Of a stretch of 64,000 nucleotides of DNA, positions 24,694 through 34,711 are shown piece after piece. The notes beneath the pieces are model-generated. The model was not told where the DNA came from. It did no database searches and worked only from the letters and a program-made list of their open reading frames with translations. The position numbers and the translations under genes were made by a program. The DNA is taken from contig CAYMIK010000003.1 of assembly GCA_964390745.1 (NCBI GenBank), positions 6,543 through 70,542 of the forward strand, given 5' to 3'. Source of the DNA: an uncultured Candidatus Saccharibacteria bacterium (lineage in GTDB: Bacteria; Patescibacteriota; JAUYIX01; CAYMIK01). How positions within the stretch are numbered: position 1 is the first letter of the stretch; each line of letters begins with the position of its first letter.

Positions 24694-26208
24694 ATGGCAA
24701 CGAAATTATATTCCGCAGCAATTCACGGGCTCGATTCGCAACTTGTAGAAGTTGAAGTTGAGATCGTAAAGAACATGGCGGAGTTTAAAATTGTTGGGCT
24801 CCCTGATACAACCATCTCTGAAGCGAAAGAACGCGTACGTTCGGCAGTACGTAATAGCGGCGCGAAGTTTCCGCCATCGAAAGTCATTGCTAATCTTGCT
24901 CCAGCTGCGGTTCGAAAGAATGGTGCATTGTATGATGTGCCGCTTTCGCTGGCAATATTGGCTGCATCGGGCCAGGTGGCACCAGATTCACATGCTTTAT
25001 ATGTAGGCGAGTTGTCTTTGTCTGGCGAAGTCCGGCCCGTGCCGGGCGTTTTGTCTATCGCCTTGCTTGCAAAAAAGCTCAAGAAGTCATGCGTGTATGT
25101 GCCGCGGGAAAACGCTAATGAGGCGAGCCTGGTTCCCGGCGTGATTGTGTATGGAGTTGCAACATTGTCGGAGTTGATGGCGCACTTTAAGGGCGAGAAG
25201 ACGCTGGAGCCTTGGAAGAATTCAGATGATACAAAATTTTGGGCGGTCTCTGCCGAAACAGACTTTGCTGATGTGAACGGACAAGCGTTCGCAAAGCGCG
25301 CTTTAGAGATTGCTGCTGCCGGTGCTCACAACATTTTACTTTGGGGGCCACCCGGCTCAGGAAAAACAATGCTTGCCAAGGCATTTCCGGGAATACTGCC
25401 GCCCATGGAGTACCAAGAAGCTTTAGAAGTAACACAGGTTTACAGTGTTGCGGGCTTACTCGAGCCCGGTGCTGGAATTATTTCTCGAAGACCGTTTCGC
25501 GCGCCACATCATACGGCGAGTGCACCATCTTTAATCGGTGGCGGGAGCCACCCAAGGCCGGGCGAAATAAGTTTGGCGCATCGTGGGGTACTATTTTTGG
25601 ACGAAGTGGCAGAATTTCCAAAGTATGTTTTGGAGAATCTTCGCCAACCCCTCGAGGATGGCATTATCCGTGTATCGCGTGCCTCTGCTTCGCTCACTTT
25701 TCCTGCGAATATTATTCTGATTGCCGCACTGAACCCGTGCCCATGTGGGAACTTGGGAAATGCGGATAGGGAGTGTACATGCACCATGAGTCAGGTTGCA
25801 AGTTATCGCAAGAAACTGTCGCAACCCTTGCTTGATCGAATCGATCTTCATGTTGAGGTGCCGTATATTAAAGTAGGTGAGTACGCGAAGGCCCCAAGTG
25901 ACGACTCCAGAATGGTTCGAAAACGAGTTGAGATAGCACGCGGCCGCCAACTTCTGCGGCTGAAGCATTCTGGTGTTATGAATAATTCGGAGATGAGTGC
26001 AAAACAGATCAAAAAGTTTGTACATCTTGAAGATCTCGCGCAGAAGTTACTTACCGATGCGGTCACGAAGCTTCATTTGAGCACACGTGGGTACTACAAG
26101 ATTCAAAAAATTGCACAAACGATTGCTGACCTTGCAGGATCCGATACCATAACCTACAATCATCTTGCGGAAGCGCTGCAGTTCCGCGAAAAATCGGTGT
26201 TTGAATAA
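24694..26208 (+). CDS. comM: YifB/ComM-family Mg-chelatase-like AAA+ ATPase.
   Basis: N-terminal Lon-like domain; Walker A GPPGSGKTMLA; Walker B VLFLDEV; C-terminal Mg-chelatase-like helical domain. Confidence 0.9.
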   Translation: MATKLYSAAIHGLDSQLVEVEVEIVKNMAEFKIVGLPDTTISEAKERVRSAVRNSGAKFPPSKVIANLAPAAVRKNGALYDVPLSLAILAASGQVAPDSHALYVGELSLSGEVRPVPGVLSIALLAKKLKKSCVYVPRENANEASLVPGVIVYGVATLSELMAHFKGEKTLEPWKNSDDTKFWAVSAETDFADVNGQAFAKRALEIAAAGAHNILLWGPPGSGKTMLAKAFPGILPPMEYQEALEVTQVYSVAGLLEPGAGIISRRPFRAPHHTASAPSLIGGGSHPRPGEISLAHRGVLFLDEVAEFPKYVLENLRQPLEDGIIRVSRASASLTFPANIILIAALNPCPCGNLGNADRECTCTMSQVASYRKKLSQPLLDRIDLHVEVPYIKVGEYAKAPSDDSRMVRKRVEIARGRQLLRLKHSGVMNNSEMSAKQIKKFVHLEDLAQKLLTDAVTKLHLSTRGYYKIQKIAQTIADLAGSDTITYNHLAEALQFREKSVFE

Positions 26209-26219
26209 TATGAGGAGTC

Positions 26220-26789
26220 ATGAATCACTATACCGTTATTGGTTTCGCAACGAAGAAAATCGACGAGGCTGCCAAAAAGCTTCGTGTTGAGTTTGGCGAA
26301 GATATGTCTGAAGTTGTTGACCAGCCTGATCATGTGATTTTGAAGAATTCACCACAGTTTGCCGTAAAGCGAACGTTTTACTTAAACGATGGGGTAACGG
26401 AGCAGGAACTTTTCAAAGCTCTTGAAGGGTTTACCTTCAAGCCATTCACGCTTTCGGCAAATCACTTAGGAAGGTTTCCCAAAACCGAGTATGGGAATAT
26501 TGTCTTTGCGGAGATCGATGTAACACCCGAGCTTCGAGCGGTGCACGAGGACCTCGTGAATCGCGTAGCTCCTCTTTCGAGAAATAAGTTCCCACAGTAT
26601 GAACGCGAAGGTTATAGGGCGCACATCTCGCTCTGTTACGAGCTGCCCGACGACAAGGTTGATTCATTTGAGAGGGCTGCAAAAAAGCTTCTTCCGTTTA
26701 ACTTCGAAGTCACGAAACTCTCGCTTTTTCGCAAGTACAACATCGAAAAAGATGAGGTGGAGCTACTCAGGGAGTTTTCCGCTTCGTAA
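26220..26789 (+). CDS. 2H-phosphoesterase superfamily protein (LigT/ThpR-like).
   Basis: Two H-x-[ST/I]-L motifs (DHVIL, AHISL) with appropriate spacing. Confidence 0.5.
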   Translation: MNHYTVIGFATKKIDEAAKKLRVEFGEDMSEVVDQPDHVILKNSPQFAVKRTFYLNDGVTEQELFKALEGFTFKPFTLSANHLGRFPKTEYGNIVFAEIDVTPELRAVHEDLVNRVAPLSRNKFPQYEREGYRAHISLCYELPDDKVDSFERAAKKLLPFNFEVTKLSLFRKYNIEKDEVELLREFSAS

Positions 26790-26820
26790 GGTTTTTAAAA
26801 TGTGCTAGAATGCTTCCATC

Positions 26821-28968
26821 ATGCAGCAAAATATTCTGAAAGATTTAAATGAGGAGCAGCGAAAAGCGGCTGAGACTTTGAACGGTCCAGTTTTGATTTT
26901 GGCTGGCGCGGGCTCAGGAAAGACCAAAACCCTCACGCATCGAATTGCGTATATGCTCGGGAAGGGGATACGTGCGGAAAATATTCTTGCTGTGACCTTT
27001 ACCAATAAGGCTGCTGGTGAAATGAAGGAACGTGTTCGTAAGCTGCTGGGTGCTACGGCCGTGCTTCCTATGATGGGGACATTCCACTCCATCTGTTTGC
27101 GAATATTGCGTATTGAAATTGAGCGCCTTGGGTACAATAAGAACTTTGTAATTTATGATACACAGGACCAGAAGTCTCTCATGAAGAAGGTCTGTGTGAA
27201 GTTGCGCATCGACACAAAGAAAACCAACCCAACATTGTTTTTGTATTTGATCTCTGGCGCAAAGAATGAACTGATGACACCAAAAATGTATGCGTCAAAA
27301 GCTAACGAGTATAATGAGGAACTTGCTGCTCAGGTATACGAGGAGTATCAGAAGCAGTTGCAAGATGCCAACGCCTTGGATTTTGATGACCTCATTATGA
27401 TGACGGTACAAATTTTTCAACAACAGCCAGAAATTCTCAAAAAATATCAGAACCGTTTCAAGTATCTCATGGTTGACGAGTATCAAGACACCAACCATTC
27501 ACAGTACACACTCATAAAGTTGTTGGCCGATGCAAATCGCAACATCTGTGTGGTGGGCGATGACTGGCAAGCTATTTATAGTTTTCGTGGCGCCGATCTG
27601 CAAAACATCTTAGACTTTGAAAAAGACTATCCAGACGCAAAAGTCTTTAAACTCGAACGAAACTATCGATCGACACAAAAGATTTTGGATGCAGCGCAGT
27701 CGGTGATTGCAGGAAACCCCCGACAAAAGAAAAAGAAACTCTGGACGGATATGAAGGGTGGCGATGATGTTCATATTTTCGAACTCCAAGACGAACGTGA
27801 TGAGGCAGCATTTATTGCTCGCTCTATTCGTGACCGCGTTTTTGGAAAAAACCAAAGTTACTCTGACTTTGCTATTCTGTATCGTACTAATGCGCAATCT
27901 CGAGCAATGGAAGAAGCGTGTTTGGAGTACAACATACCGTATCGCGTGGTAGGCGGTATTCGTTTCTACGACCGATCAGAAATCAAAGATATTATGAGCT
28001 ATCTTTCACTCATGAAAAACTCCAAAGATCTGGTGAGCTTTGAGCGAATCATCAATGTTCCTCCACGTGGTATTGGAAAAGCAACGGTTGATCGCGTTAT
28101 GGAGTTTGCTACTGATCTGGGTATTGATATGGTTGAAGCCTGTGAACGCGCTCAGGATATTCCGGGCTTGCAAGCTTCCAAGGTTCAGTCACTGTTGAAA
28201 TTCGGACAGCTTCTTGGCAAACTTCGTGACGCGGAGGGCCGCCTGACACTCGATTACTTTATTGAATTTGTTGTTACGGAGTCTGGGTACAAAGACGCCT
28301 TGCTCGATGGAAGCGAAGAAGGTGAATCTCGGTACGAAAATATCGAAGAATTGAAAACCGTTGCGAAGCGATACAAAACTTTGGAATCGTTTTTAGAAAA
28401 TGTTGCGCTGGTTTCTGACACGGACTCATATGATGAAAATGCAAAAACCGTGACGCTCATGAGTTTGCATGCATCCAAGGGTTTGGAGTTTAAAAATATT
28501 TTCATCATCGGAATGGAAGAAGGTATTTTGCCACATGCACAAAGCATGATGAGTCAGGCGGATATCGACGAAGAGCGTCGCCTTGCGTATGTGGGCATGA
28601 CACGCGCAAAACAAACATTGAATATTACTTTTGCAACCTATCGAACGCTCTATGGTGAATCACGAGTCAATGGGATCTCTCGTTTTCTTGAAGAAATTCC
28701 AGATGATCTTGTTCGAAAAAATCTTTCAACGCATTCGCTTATGTACTCCAGCAAGGTGAAAGATCGAGAGACCACGACAAGTGATGACTCGGAGTTTATC
28801 GATGAAACGTTTGAGAATCCTTTTGAGGTAGGGGATGAAGTCTATCACGCAACGTTTGGTAAGGGACGAGTGAAAAGCTCACAGGACGAAATTGTGGAAG
28901 TTGAGTTTGAGAAGGGCGGGAGCAGAGAATTGTCCGTTGCCCACGCTCCCTTGAAGAAGCTGAATTGA
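26821..28968 (+). CDS. pcrA: UvrD/PcrA-family ATP-dependent DNA helicase.
   Basis: Motif I AGAGSGKT, Ia TFTNKAA, II VDEYQDT, III VVGDDWQAIYSFRGA, and helicase motif VI (VGMTRAK). Confidence 0.9.
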   Translation: MQQNILKDLNEEQRKAAETLNGPVLILAGAGSGKTKTLTHRIAYMLGKGIRAENILAVTFTNKAAGEMKERVRKLLGATAVLPMMGTFHSICLRILRIEIERLGYNKNFVIYDTQDQKSLMKKVCVKLRIDTKKTNPTLFLYLISGAKNELMTPKMYASKANEYNEELAAQVYEEYQKQLQDANALDFDDLIMMTVQIFQQQPEILKKYQNRFKYLMVDEYQDTNHSQYTLIKLLADANRNICVVGDDWQAIYSFRGADLQNILDFEKDYPDAKVFKLERNYRSTQKILDAAQSVIAGNPRQKKKKLWTDMKGGDDVHIFELQDERDEAAFIARSIRDRVFGKNQSYSDFAILYRTNAQSRAMEEACLEYNIPYRVVGGIRFYDRSEIKDIMSYLSLMKNSKDLVSFERIINVPPRGIGKATVDRVMEFATDLGIDMVEACERAQDIPGLQASKVQSLLKFGQLLGKLRDAEGRLTLDYFIEFVVTESGYKDALLDGSEEGESRYENIEELKTVAKRYKTLESFLENVALVSDTDSYDENAKTVTLMSLHASKGLEFKNIFIIGMEEGILPHAQSMMSQADIDEERRLAYVGMTRAKQTLNITFATYRTLYGESRVNGISRFLEEIPDDLVRKNLSTHSLMYSSKVKDRETTTSDDSEFIDETFENPFEVGDEVYHATFGKGRVKSSQDEIVEVEFEKGGSRELSVAHAPLKKLN

Positions 28969-29077
28969 TCCGAACCCTGCGAATTACTGAAATATGGTAT
29001 AATATCCCTACCTTGAGGCTAACATAAACCCCATTCGTACGACTCTGCGAAAGGCCATTTTTATCGGAGGAATTTCC

Positions 29078-29983
29078 GTGCTCATTTTGGGAGCAGGGAT
29101 CTTTTTGTTTTCCGATAAGAAGGCCGAAGGACAAAGCCAAGGAACAATCCCAATTACTATTCGAGATGGAAACCTGGAGTTTCAAACCTTTACGGATGCA
29201 ACCACGGTTGAGTCGGCACTAACATCGCTCAGCCTGACGTACTCAAACAAAGATATTGTTACACCGCCAGTTGCAACGCAATTGAATTTTGGAGCAACCA
29301 TCATTATTACGCGATCAAATGCGATCCGTGTAAACGATGGTGGTAAAGAAACCGACTACGAAACTCAGGTAACAACCGTTGCTGATCTTTTGAAAGAGCA
29401 CAAAATAACGCTCAATAAAAAAGATACCCTCAATCCTTCACCTGCAACGCTCCTGGTGCCATCAATGATGATAACCATTACGCGTATAACGGAAAAAGAT
29501 GTTGATCAAAAAGCGGAAATTGCTTTTGAGACTATCCGTCGAAATGACGCGAGCGTCCTGCGAGGTCAAACGAAAACGACTCAACAAGGAAAAGAAGGTG
29601 AGAAGACACAAACATTCCACGTAACCTATAAAAACGGCAAAGAAATTCAGCGAGATCTCGTGAAGGAAGTGGTGAATACGAAACCGACCAATCAAATCAT
29701 TGTTGTTGGAACGAAACTTTTGTTTGGAAAAACTTTAAGTGGCCGCGCAACGTGGTATTCGTATATGGGCGGCATGACGGCGGCAGCACGAGATTGGCCA
29801 AGAGGTTCACGTCTGCTTGTGACAAACTTAGACACAGGAAAATCAATCGAAGTTGTCGTCGATGACTACGGGCCTTCAGCGGGTGGCGGGAATCTTATTG
29901 ATCTTGATGCCGATGCCTTTGCTGTTCTCGGCCCATTGAGCAAGGGTGTGCTACGAGTGAAAGTTTCACAGATATTGAACTAA
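29078..29983 (+). CDS. Cell-wall associated protein with N-terminal TM, DUF348/G5-like region and C-terminal RlpA/3D-type double-psi beta-barrel domain.
   Basis: GTG start with GGAGGAA RBS. C-terminal GRATWYSYMGG...LLVTNLDTGKSIEVVVDDYGPSAGGGNLIDLDADAF matches the RlpA/3D DPBB signature. Confidence 0.6.
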   Translation: MLILGAGIFLFSDKKAEGQSQGTIPITIRDGNLEFQTFTDATTVESALTSLSLTYSNKDIVTPPVATQLNFGATIIITRSNAIRVNDGGKETDYETQVTTVADLLKEHKITLNKKDTLNPSPATLLVPSMMITITRITEKDVDQKAEIAFETIRRNDASVLRGQTKTTQQGKEGEKTQTFHVTYKNGKEIQRDLVKEVVNTKPTNQIIVVGTKLLFGKTLSGRATWYSYMGGMTAAARDWPRGSRLLVTNLDTGKSIEVVVDDYGPSAGGGNLIDLDADAFAVLGPLSKGVLRVKVSQILN

Positions 29984-31578
29984 GCCCTCAGAACCGTAAA
30001 GGCTACAACAATCAGAAAGAGTGAATATGATCCGAAGACGAGCCACTCGTTTACTTTTTTGTTATTGATGAGCAACCAGCTCAATACAGAAAAGAGAACT
30101 GCGGTGACAATGAGCTGCTTTGAGTGCAAGATGATCGGGAAAAGAAGAAATGAAAGTACGAAAAGCAGCGAAATAATAATCTTTCCGCGTTTTTCTCCAA
30201 ATAGTGTTGGAATGGTGGAAATACCATTTGGTTTATCGCCCTCAATATCTTTTATGTCTTTGATATTTATGACGAGTGCAACAACGAATACCATCAAGAC
30301 AAAAAAGGTAATAGGGAACTCAACGAAATCTCCCGATGCGGCAAATGGCAAGAATCCTTCTAAGATGAGAATCGCGGTTCCAAGCGACATCAAAGCAGGT
30401 GCAATGAAGGCAAATCGTCTCAGCCTCATTGGTGGACATGAATAGAGGTAGGCGAGCACAAGGCTTACGAGTGTGAGGACCAAGAAAGAGTAGCCTACTG
30501 CGAATGCTGCCACCACGGCAACCACAAAACTCATGAGGCCGATAGCTTCGAACTCCTTAATACTAAAGATTCCTTGCACCAGCAAGCGATCTTTATTGGA
30601 GATGGCATCAATGGCAACATCGTTCCGGTCATTCGCAGTCAAAGAAAAGGCCCAGACACATGTGGCAGAAATAAAGAGTGCTACGAGCGTAAGAATGGCA
30701 TATGCGCCGTGATCAAATGTTTTATGAAACGTTGTAACACCGATAACGATACCTATAAAGAGCGCGCCGTATTGGAAAAGTAAACGAAGGTATCGGAACT
30801 TTTGAAGGAATGCTACGAATTTCTTTGGGTCCAGGAAGTATGCGGCAACTAAAAGTTGTATAAACATCATGGGGAGCAAGATGAGCGCCATTTCCACACT
30901 GAAAAGCTCCTGAATCTTTTCTGGTCCATACGAAATGGCGAATATATCTCGTGTTGCAAGGAACCTGCGCAAGATATCGAGCGGGCTAGTAAGCCAGGGA
31001 TTTGCAGGGAGCGATGCGAGTGATCCCAAGATTCCAGGAAGCGCGCCATACACAAACGCAATCGTGTAGGCTATGAGAACTCCTAGCAGCGTCTTGCCTT
31101 TGTTTCGCGTCTTTATGAATATATACATTCCTACGAGCAGCATGGTAACGAAGGCTTCAACACGAATTCCGTACGTTGCTCCGGATCTAAAGTTTGGCCC
31201 CAGGAATGTTATGAAGTCGCGGGCAAGTTCTGGAAGGGGAGCCATGAGGTAACGGATTTGAAGATCCCCTTTGCCCCCAGAAATAATGAAATCAACGACG
31301 GGAGGAATGATGAATGCAAAGAAGCCAAACAAGACAATGTTGAGAATCTTTTTCATCTCAACCTTGGTGATCAATCGGAGCAAGATGGCGGTACTCAAAA
31401 GAACACACGCGTAGAAAAGTGGCGGGTGTAAGAATATTGCCTTTATGGGATAGATCGAAAGTCCGTTCCCAGAAAAACTTTCAAAGGTCATTCGCAGGAG
31501 GTTGATAGAAAAAAATACAGCGAGCCATGACGCTACGCTTATTTCCATCCCTTCAATCTTCTCGATAATTCTTCGCAT
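29980..31578 (-). CDS. UbiA-superfamily prenyltransferase with a large additional N-terminal polytopic membrane domain.
   Basis: C-terminal IKDIKDIEGDKPNGISTIPTLFG fits the second Asp-rich motif of UbiA/DGGGP-synthase-type prenyltransferases. About 14 predicted TM helices. Confidence 0.6.
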   Translation of the reverse strand: MRRIIEKIEGMEISVASWLAVFFSINLLRMTFESFSGNGLSIYPIKAIFLHPPLFYACVLLSTAILLRLITKVEMKKILNIVLFGFFAFIIPPVVDFIISGGKGDLQIRYLMAPLPELARDFITFLGPNFRSGATYGIRVEAFVTMLLVGMYIFIKTRNKGKTLLGVLIAYTIAFVYGALPGILGSLASLPANPWLTSPLDILRRFLATRDIFAISYGPEKIQELFSVEMALILLPMMFIQLLVAAYFLDPKKFVAFLQKFRYLRLLFQYGALFIGIVIGVTTFHKTFDHGAYAILTLVALFISATCVWAFSLTANDRNDVAIDAISNKDRLLVQGIFSIKEFEAIGLMSFVVAVVAAFAVGYSFLVLTLVSLVLAYLYSCPPMRLRRFAFIAPALMSLGTAILILEGFLPFAASGDFVEFPITFFVLMVFVVALVINIKDIKDIEGDKPNGISTIPTLFGEKRGKIIISLLFVLSFLLFPIILHSKQLIVTAVLFSVLSWLLINNKKVNEWLVFGSYSLFLIVVAFTVLRA

Positions 31579-31645
31579 ATGTTTACTCGAATTCTACACA
31601 AAAACAAGGCGAAAAACAACTGAACTTCATGGTATAATGTTCCGC

Positions 31646-32689
31646 ATGCGAACACCCCCGAAAATAGCTCCCAAAGAACTTCTTTCTGCCAAAGATCGTA
31701 TTGATGCCAGGCTAAAGCATTTCTTCGCCACAAGAAAAAAAGAACTCTCCAAAGATACGGAGCTCCTTTCGTATTACAAAATGCTCGAGGAGTTCTGTCT
31801 TCGAGGAGGCAAAAGATTTCGTGGTTACTTGGTCTTGCTGGGATATCGCATTGCAGGAAAAACCCCAACTCCTGCCATTCTGGATGTTGCGTGTGCCATA
31901 GAACTTCTTCATACCGGGCTGCTTATTCACGACGATATTATTGATAGTGATACTACTCGAAGAGGGAAGCCAACTCTTCATGTTATGCTTACGAAGAAGC
32001 TTGGCAATGCATCACTCGCCGCTCAAGTTGCAAAGAATCTTGGAACGCTCCTTTTTGATGATGCCCTTCGTCTCATCCTTGATGCAAATTTTTCCGATGA
32101 TCAAAAGATTGCGTGTGCCAAGATCATCGCTGAAACGTCGCTCTCAACCGGGTTTGGAGAAGTGATGGACATTGTCTTGAGTCACAAAGATATCTCGAGT
32201 GCAACCGTTGAAAAGATTCTACTTTTAAAAACTGCACGATACTCCGTAAGTCAGCCGCTCACAACTGGGTATATATTAGGAAATGGTAAGGTGCTTACAA
32301 AAATACTTCGCTTTTCTGCCGACGCATTGGGAATTGCATTTCAAATTCGTGATGACTCGCTTGGTGTGATGGGGAAGAAGCTGTACCAAGGGAAAGCAAG
32401 CGATATTCGCGAAAAGCGCCCGTTTGTATATATGCCACTGATGAAAAAGTATCTCACGAAGCTTGAAATGTTGTATGTTTATGGGGTAAGCGCAAAGAAG
32501 CAGCTCACGAAGCAGGACCTTGATGCACTCAAGAGATTGTTCCATAAGCCTGCTTTTGAGCGTACGGTCCAAAAACGTGCAGCGCGATATCTTCTGAAAG
32601 CAGAAAGAGGGTTTCGGCGAATACTTCCATCGAAGCTTCAAAAGGAGATGAATCAAGTTATCCATTTTGTCTTTAATCGAGAAGAATAA
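31646..32689 (+). CDS. Polyprenyl diphosphate synthase (trans-isoprenyl diphosphate synthase, IspA/GGPPS-like).
   Basis: FARM LLIHDDIIDSDTTRRGKPT and SARM FQIRDDSLGVMG motifs. ORF track start 31502; ATG at 31646 avoids overlap with the divergent gene. Confidence 0.85.
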   Translation: MRTPPKIAPKELLSAKDRIDARLKHFFATRKKELSKDTELLSYYKMLEEFCLRGGKRFRGYLVLLGYRIAGKTPTPAILDVACAIELLHTGLLIHDDIIDSDTTRRGKPTLHVMLTKKLGNASLAAQVAKNLGTLLFDDALRLILDANFSDDQKIACAKIIAETSLSTGFGEVMDIVLSHKDISSATVEKILLLKTARYSVSQPLTTGYILGNGKVLTKILRFSADALGIAFQIRDDSLGVMGKKLYQGKASDIREKRPFVYMPLMKKYLTKLEMLYVYGVSAKKQLTKQDLDALKRLFHKPAFERTVQKRAARYLLKAERGFRRILPSKLQKEMNQVIHFVFNREE

Positions 32690-33513
32690 TGAAAAAAGAA
32701 GAACGAAATCGAAGAAGAAGATTCGGCCAAAACTTTCTGATCGATCAGGGGTTTACAAAAAGAATTGTTGATGCTGCAAGTCTTACCAAGGAGGATACAG
32801 TATTAGAAATTGGCCCTGGTGCTGGTGCTCTCACGTTTCTTCTTGCTGAGAAGGCTGGAACGGTTTTCGGAGTAGAGAAGGATCCACTCCAGGCACTGAG
32901 CCTTACCAAGGCGCTTCAAGACAAGCATGTTCAGAACGCTTCCGTTCTTACCGCAGACATTACGACCTATCAATACTTGAAGCACTTTCCAAAAACCTAC
33001 GACGGCATAGGCGACTTCATTGTTGTTGCGAATCTTCCGTATTATGCTGCCTCACATATTATTCAGATGCTTGTTGCTGCCCCGGTTCGGCCAAAACGTG
33101 TTATAGCCATGGTACAAAAAGAAGTGGGAGAGCGAATATGTGCGAAGCCGGGCGATTTTTCGGTCCTTACCCTTGCTATTCAATGGTTTGCAGACGCTCG
33201 ACCTCTTTTCGATGTTCCGCCTGAGGCCTTTCAGCCACGCCCGAACGTTGTTTCGCAGGTGATCGAGCTTACCCCAAAGAAGGAGAGTGCTTTACCCGCC
33301 TCAAAAATTGATGAAGCTAAGGCCTTTCGAGTCGCCAAAATTGGTTTCTCAAGCAAGAGAAAGAAGCTTTCGAATAACATCGCCTCGGGGCTCACGATTC
33401 CTCGCGAAACTGTGGAAAACTTGCTGGTGGAGTTGGGCTTACGGCCAGACATTCGAGCAGAGGAGCTTGGCGTTGAGAATTGGCTTGATGTAGCCAAAAA
33501 GATTCTTCCCTAG
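32689..33513 (+). CDS. rsmA: 16S rRNA (adenine1518/1519-N6)-dimethyltransferase.
   Basis: RFGQNFLIDQ and VLEIGPGAGALT SAM-binding motifs; KsgA-like length. Confidence 0.9.
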   Translation: MKKEERNRRRRFGQNFLIDQGFTKRIVDAASLTKEDTVLEIGPGAGALTFLLAEKAGTVFGVEKDPLQALSLTKALQDKHVQNASVLTADITTYQYLKHFPKTYDGIGDFIVVANLPYYAASHIIQMLVAAPVRPKRVIAMVQKEVGERICAKPGDFSVLTLAIQWFADARPLFDVPPEAFQPRPNVVSQVIELTPKKESALPASKIDEAKAFRVAKIGFSSKRKKLSNNIASGLTIPRETVENLLVELGLRPDIRAEELGVENWLDVAKKILP

Positions 33514-33549
33514 GCATGCTGGTTGTTTGATCGCCAGAAGTATTTGACA

Positions 33550-33577
33550 CTAGGCCACCTTTGTGGCCTAGTTTTTA
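33550..33577 (+). terminator. Intrinsic terminator CTAGGCCAC-cttt-GTGGCCTAG followed by TTTTT.
   Basis: Perfect 9-bp hairpin plus a T5 run 37 nt after the rsmA stop. Confidence 0.75.
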
Positions 33578-33601
33578 ATTGCGAATCTGGTGGAAGCGAG
33601 A

Positions 33602-33630
33602 TTGAATTTCTTCGATCTTTGTGGTAAAAT
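33602..33630 (+). promoter_or_regulatory. Sigma70-like promoter TTGAAT-N17-TAAAAT at the head of the T4SS-like cluster.
   Basis: The hexamers and 17-nt spacer are seen directly. Confidence 0.5.
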
Positions 33631-33682
33631 TTCTTTGCAAAGTTCAAAAAGTTCAAACAAAAAGCACTTCTTCGAGGCTATG

Positions 33683-34711
33683 AAGATGCAGGAAACAAAA
33701 ACCAAGAGCATTGGAGAGAATCCAAATTTGAAACCGTACGTCGTTGTTGGCGTGGGTGTTCTTGCCATTGCGGTAAGCGTTTTTCAGCTTCTTTCCGGTG
33801 CACCAGGAAATCTTCTTCGTGCACGAGGTGACGCAAATGCGCTCAAGGAGGCCGAGAACCCAGGAAGTACCCAAAAGAATGCCGAGACCGCAATCGTGGA
33901 CAATATTGATAGTGACTCCGATGGGCTTACTGATACAGAAGAAGAGCGAATCTATCACACCGATCCATTTAAGCCCGATAGTGATGGGGATAGTTTCAAA
34001 GATGGTGACGAAGTAAAGACCGGTCATGATCCGCTGGTGAATGAGTCGGGTAAAAAAAGTAATAGCTCAACTACGGCTAATAACTCACAGAGCCAGAAGT
34101 ACAATCGTTTTATTGCGGACACGCCAGACGATCTCTCTTCGCTTGATCCAACAAAGTATTTAAGCCAAAGCGATATAAATCAGTTGCAGAGCGGCAATCT
34201 TAATAGCAGCAGTGTTGAGAAGCTCTCTAGTTTGGTACTGGCGAACACGGCTATTCAGAGCACCGGGCTTCCTGATGTTCCAGACTCAAGCATTATTATT
34301 ACCAACGAGTCCGGCAAGAATGCCGTGCAGCAGTACCTCATCGCTATTGGTTCTACGGGGCTTTTGAATGCACCATTCTCAAATCAGCAGGAAATGACTA
34401 CCTATGTCATGTCTGCGCTCAATGGGGACAGTGCGAAAGTCCAAAAGCTTGTAAATTTTGCAAAAGACACTGAAGCCAAAATGAAAAAGATTCCTGTTCC
34501 ACAGGAAATGGTGGAAATACACAAAACAGCTATTGGAACCCTCGAGCTCTTTCAGCAGTCTGCACCTGTGTTGATGAATGCCTCGTCGGTTGACCCCCAA
34601 ACGGGCCTTGTTGCAACCAACCAGCTTCGCGTTCTAGCCAATGCCACCGAAGATCTCGCCAAGCAGATTGGCGCGGTAGTCCAAAAATATGGATTTAACT
34701 TTTCACTGTAA
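33683..34711 (+). CDS. Secreted protein with thrombospondin-type-3-like calcium-binding repeats (first gene of the T4SS-like cluster).
   Basis: GAGG RBS. Signal/TM YVVVGVGVLAIAVSVFQLL. DSDSDGLTDTEE...DPFKPDSDGDSFKDGDE repeats. ORF track start 33590. Confidence 0.6.
   Translation, partial: KMQETKTKSIGENPNLKPYVVVGVGVLAIAVSVFQLLSGAPGNLLRARGDANALKEAENPGSTQKNAETAIVDNIDSDSDGLTDTEEERIYHTDPFKPDSDGDSFKDGDEVKTGHDPLVNESGKKSNSSTTANNSQSQKYNRFIADTPDDLSSLDPTKYLSQSDINQLQSGNLNSSSVEKLSSLVLANTAIQSTGLPDVPDSSIIITNESGKNAVQQYLIAIGSTGLLNAPFSNQQEMTTYVMSALNGDSAKVQKLVNFAKDTEAKMKKIPVPQEMVEIHKTAIGTLELFQQSAPVLMNASSVDPQTGLVATNQLRVLANATEDLAKQIGAVVQKYGFNFSL

Noticed and set aside
33653-34027. 124-aa minus-strand ORF
   Set aside because: Antisense to the first T4SS-cluster gene (signal peptide plus TSP3 repeats). 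No RBS.
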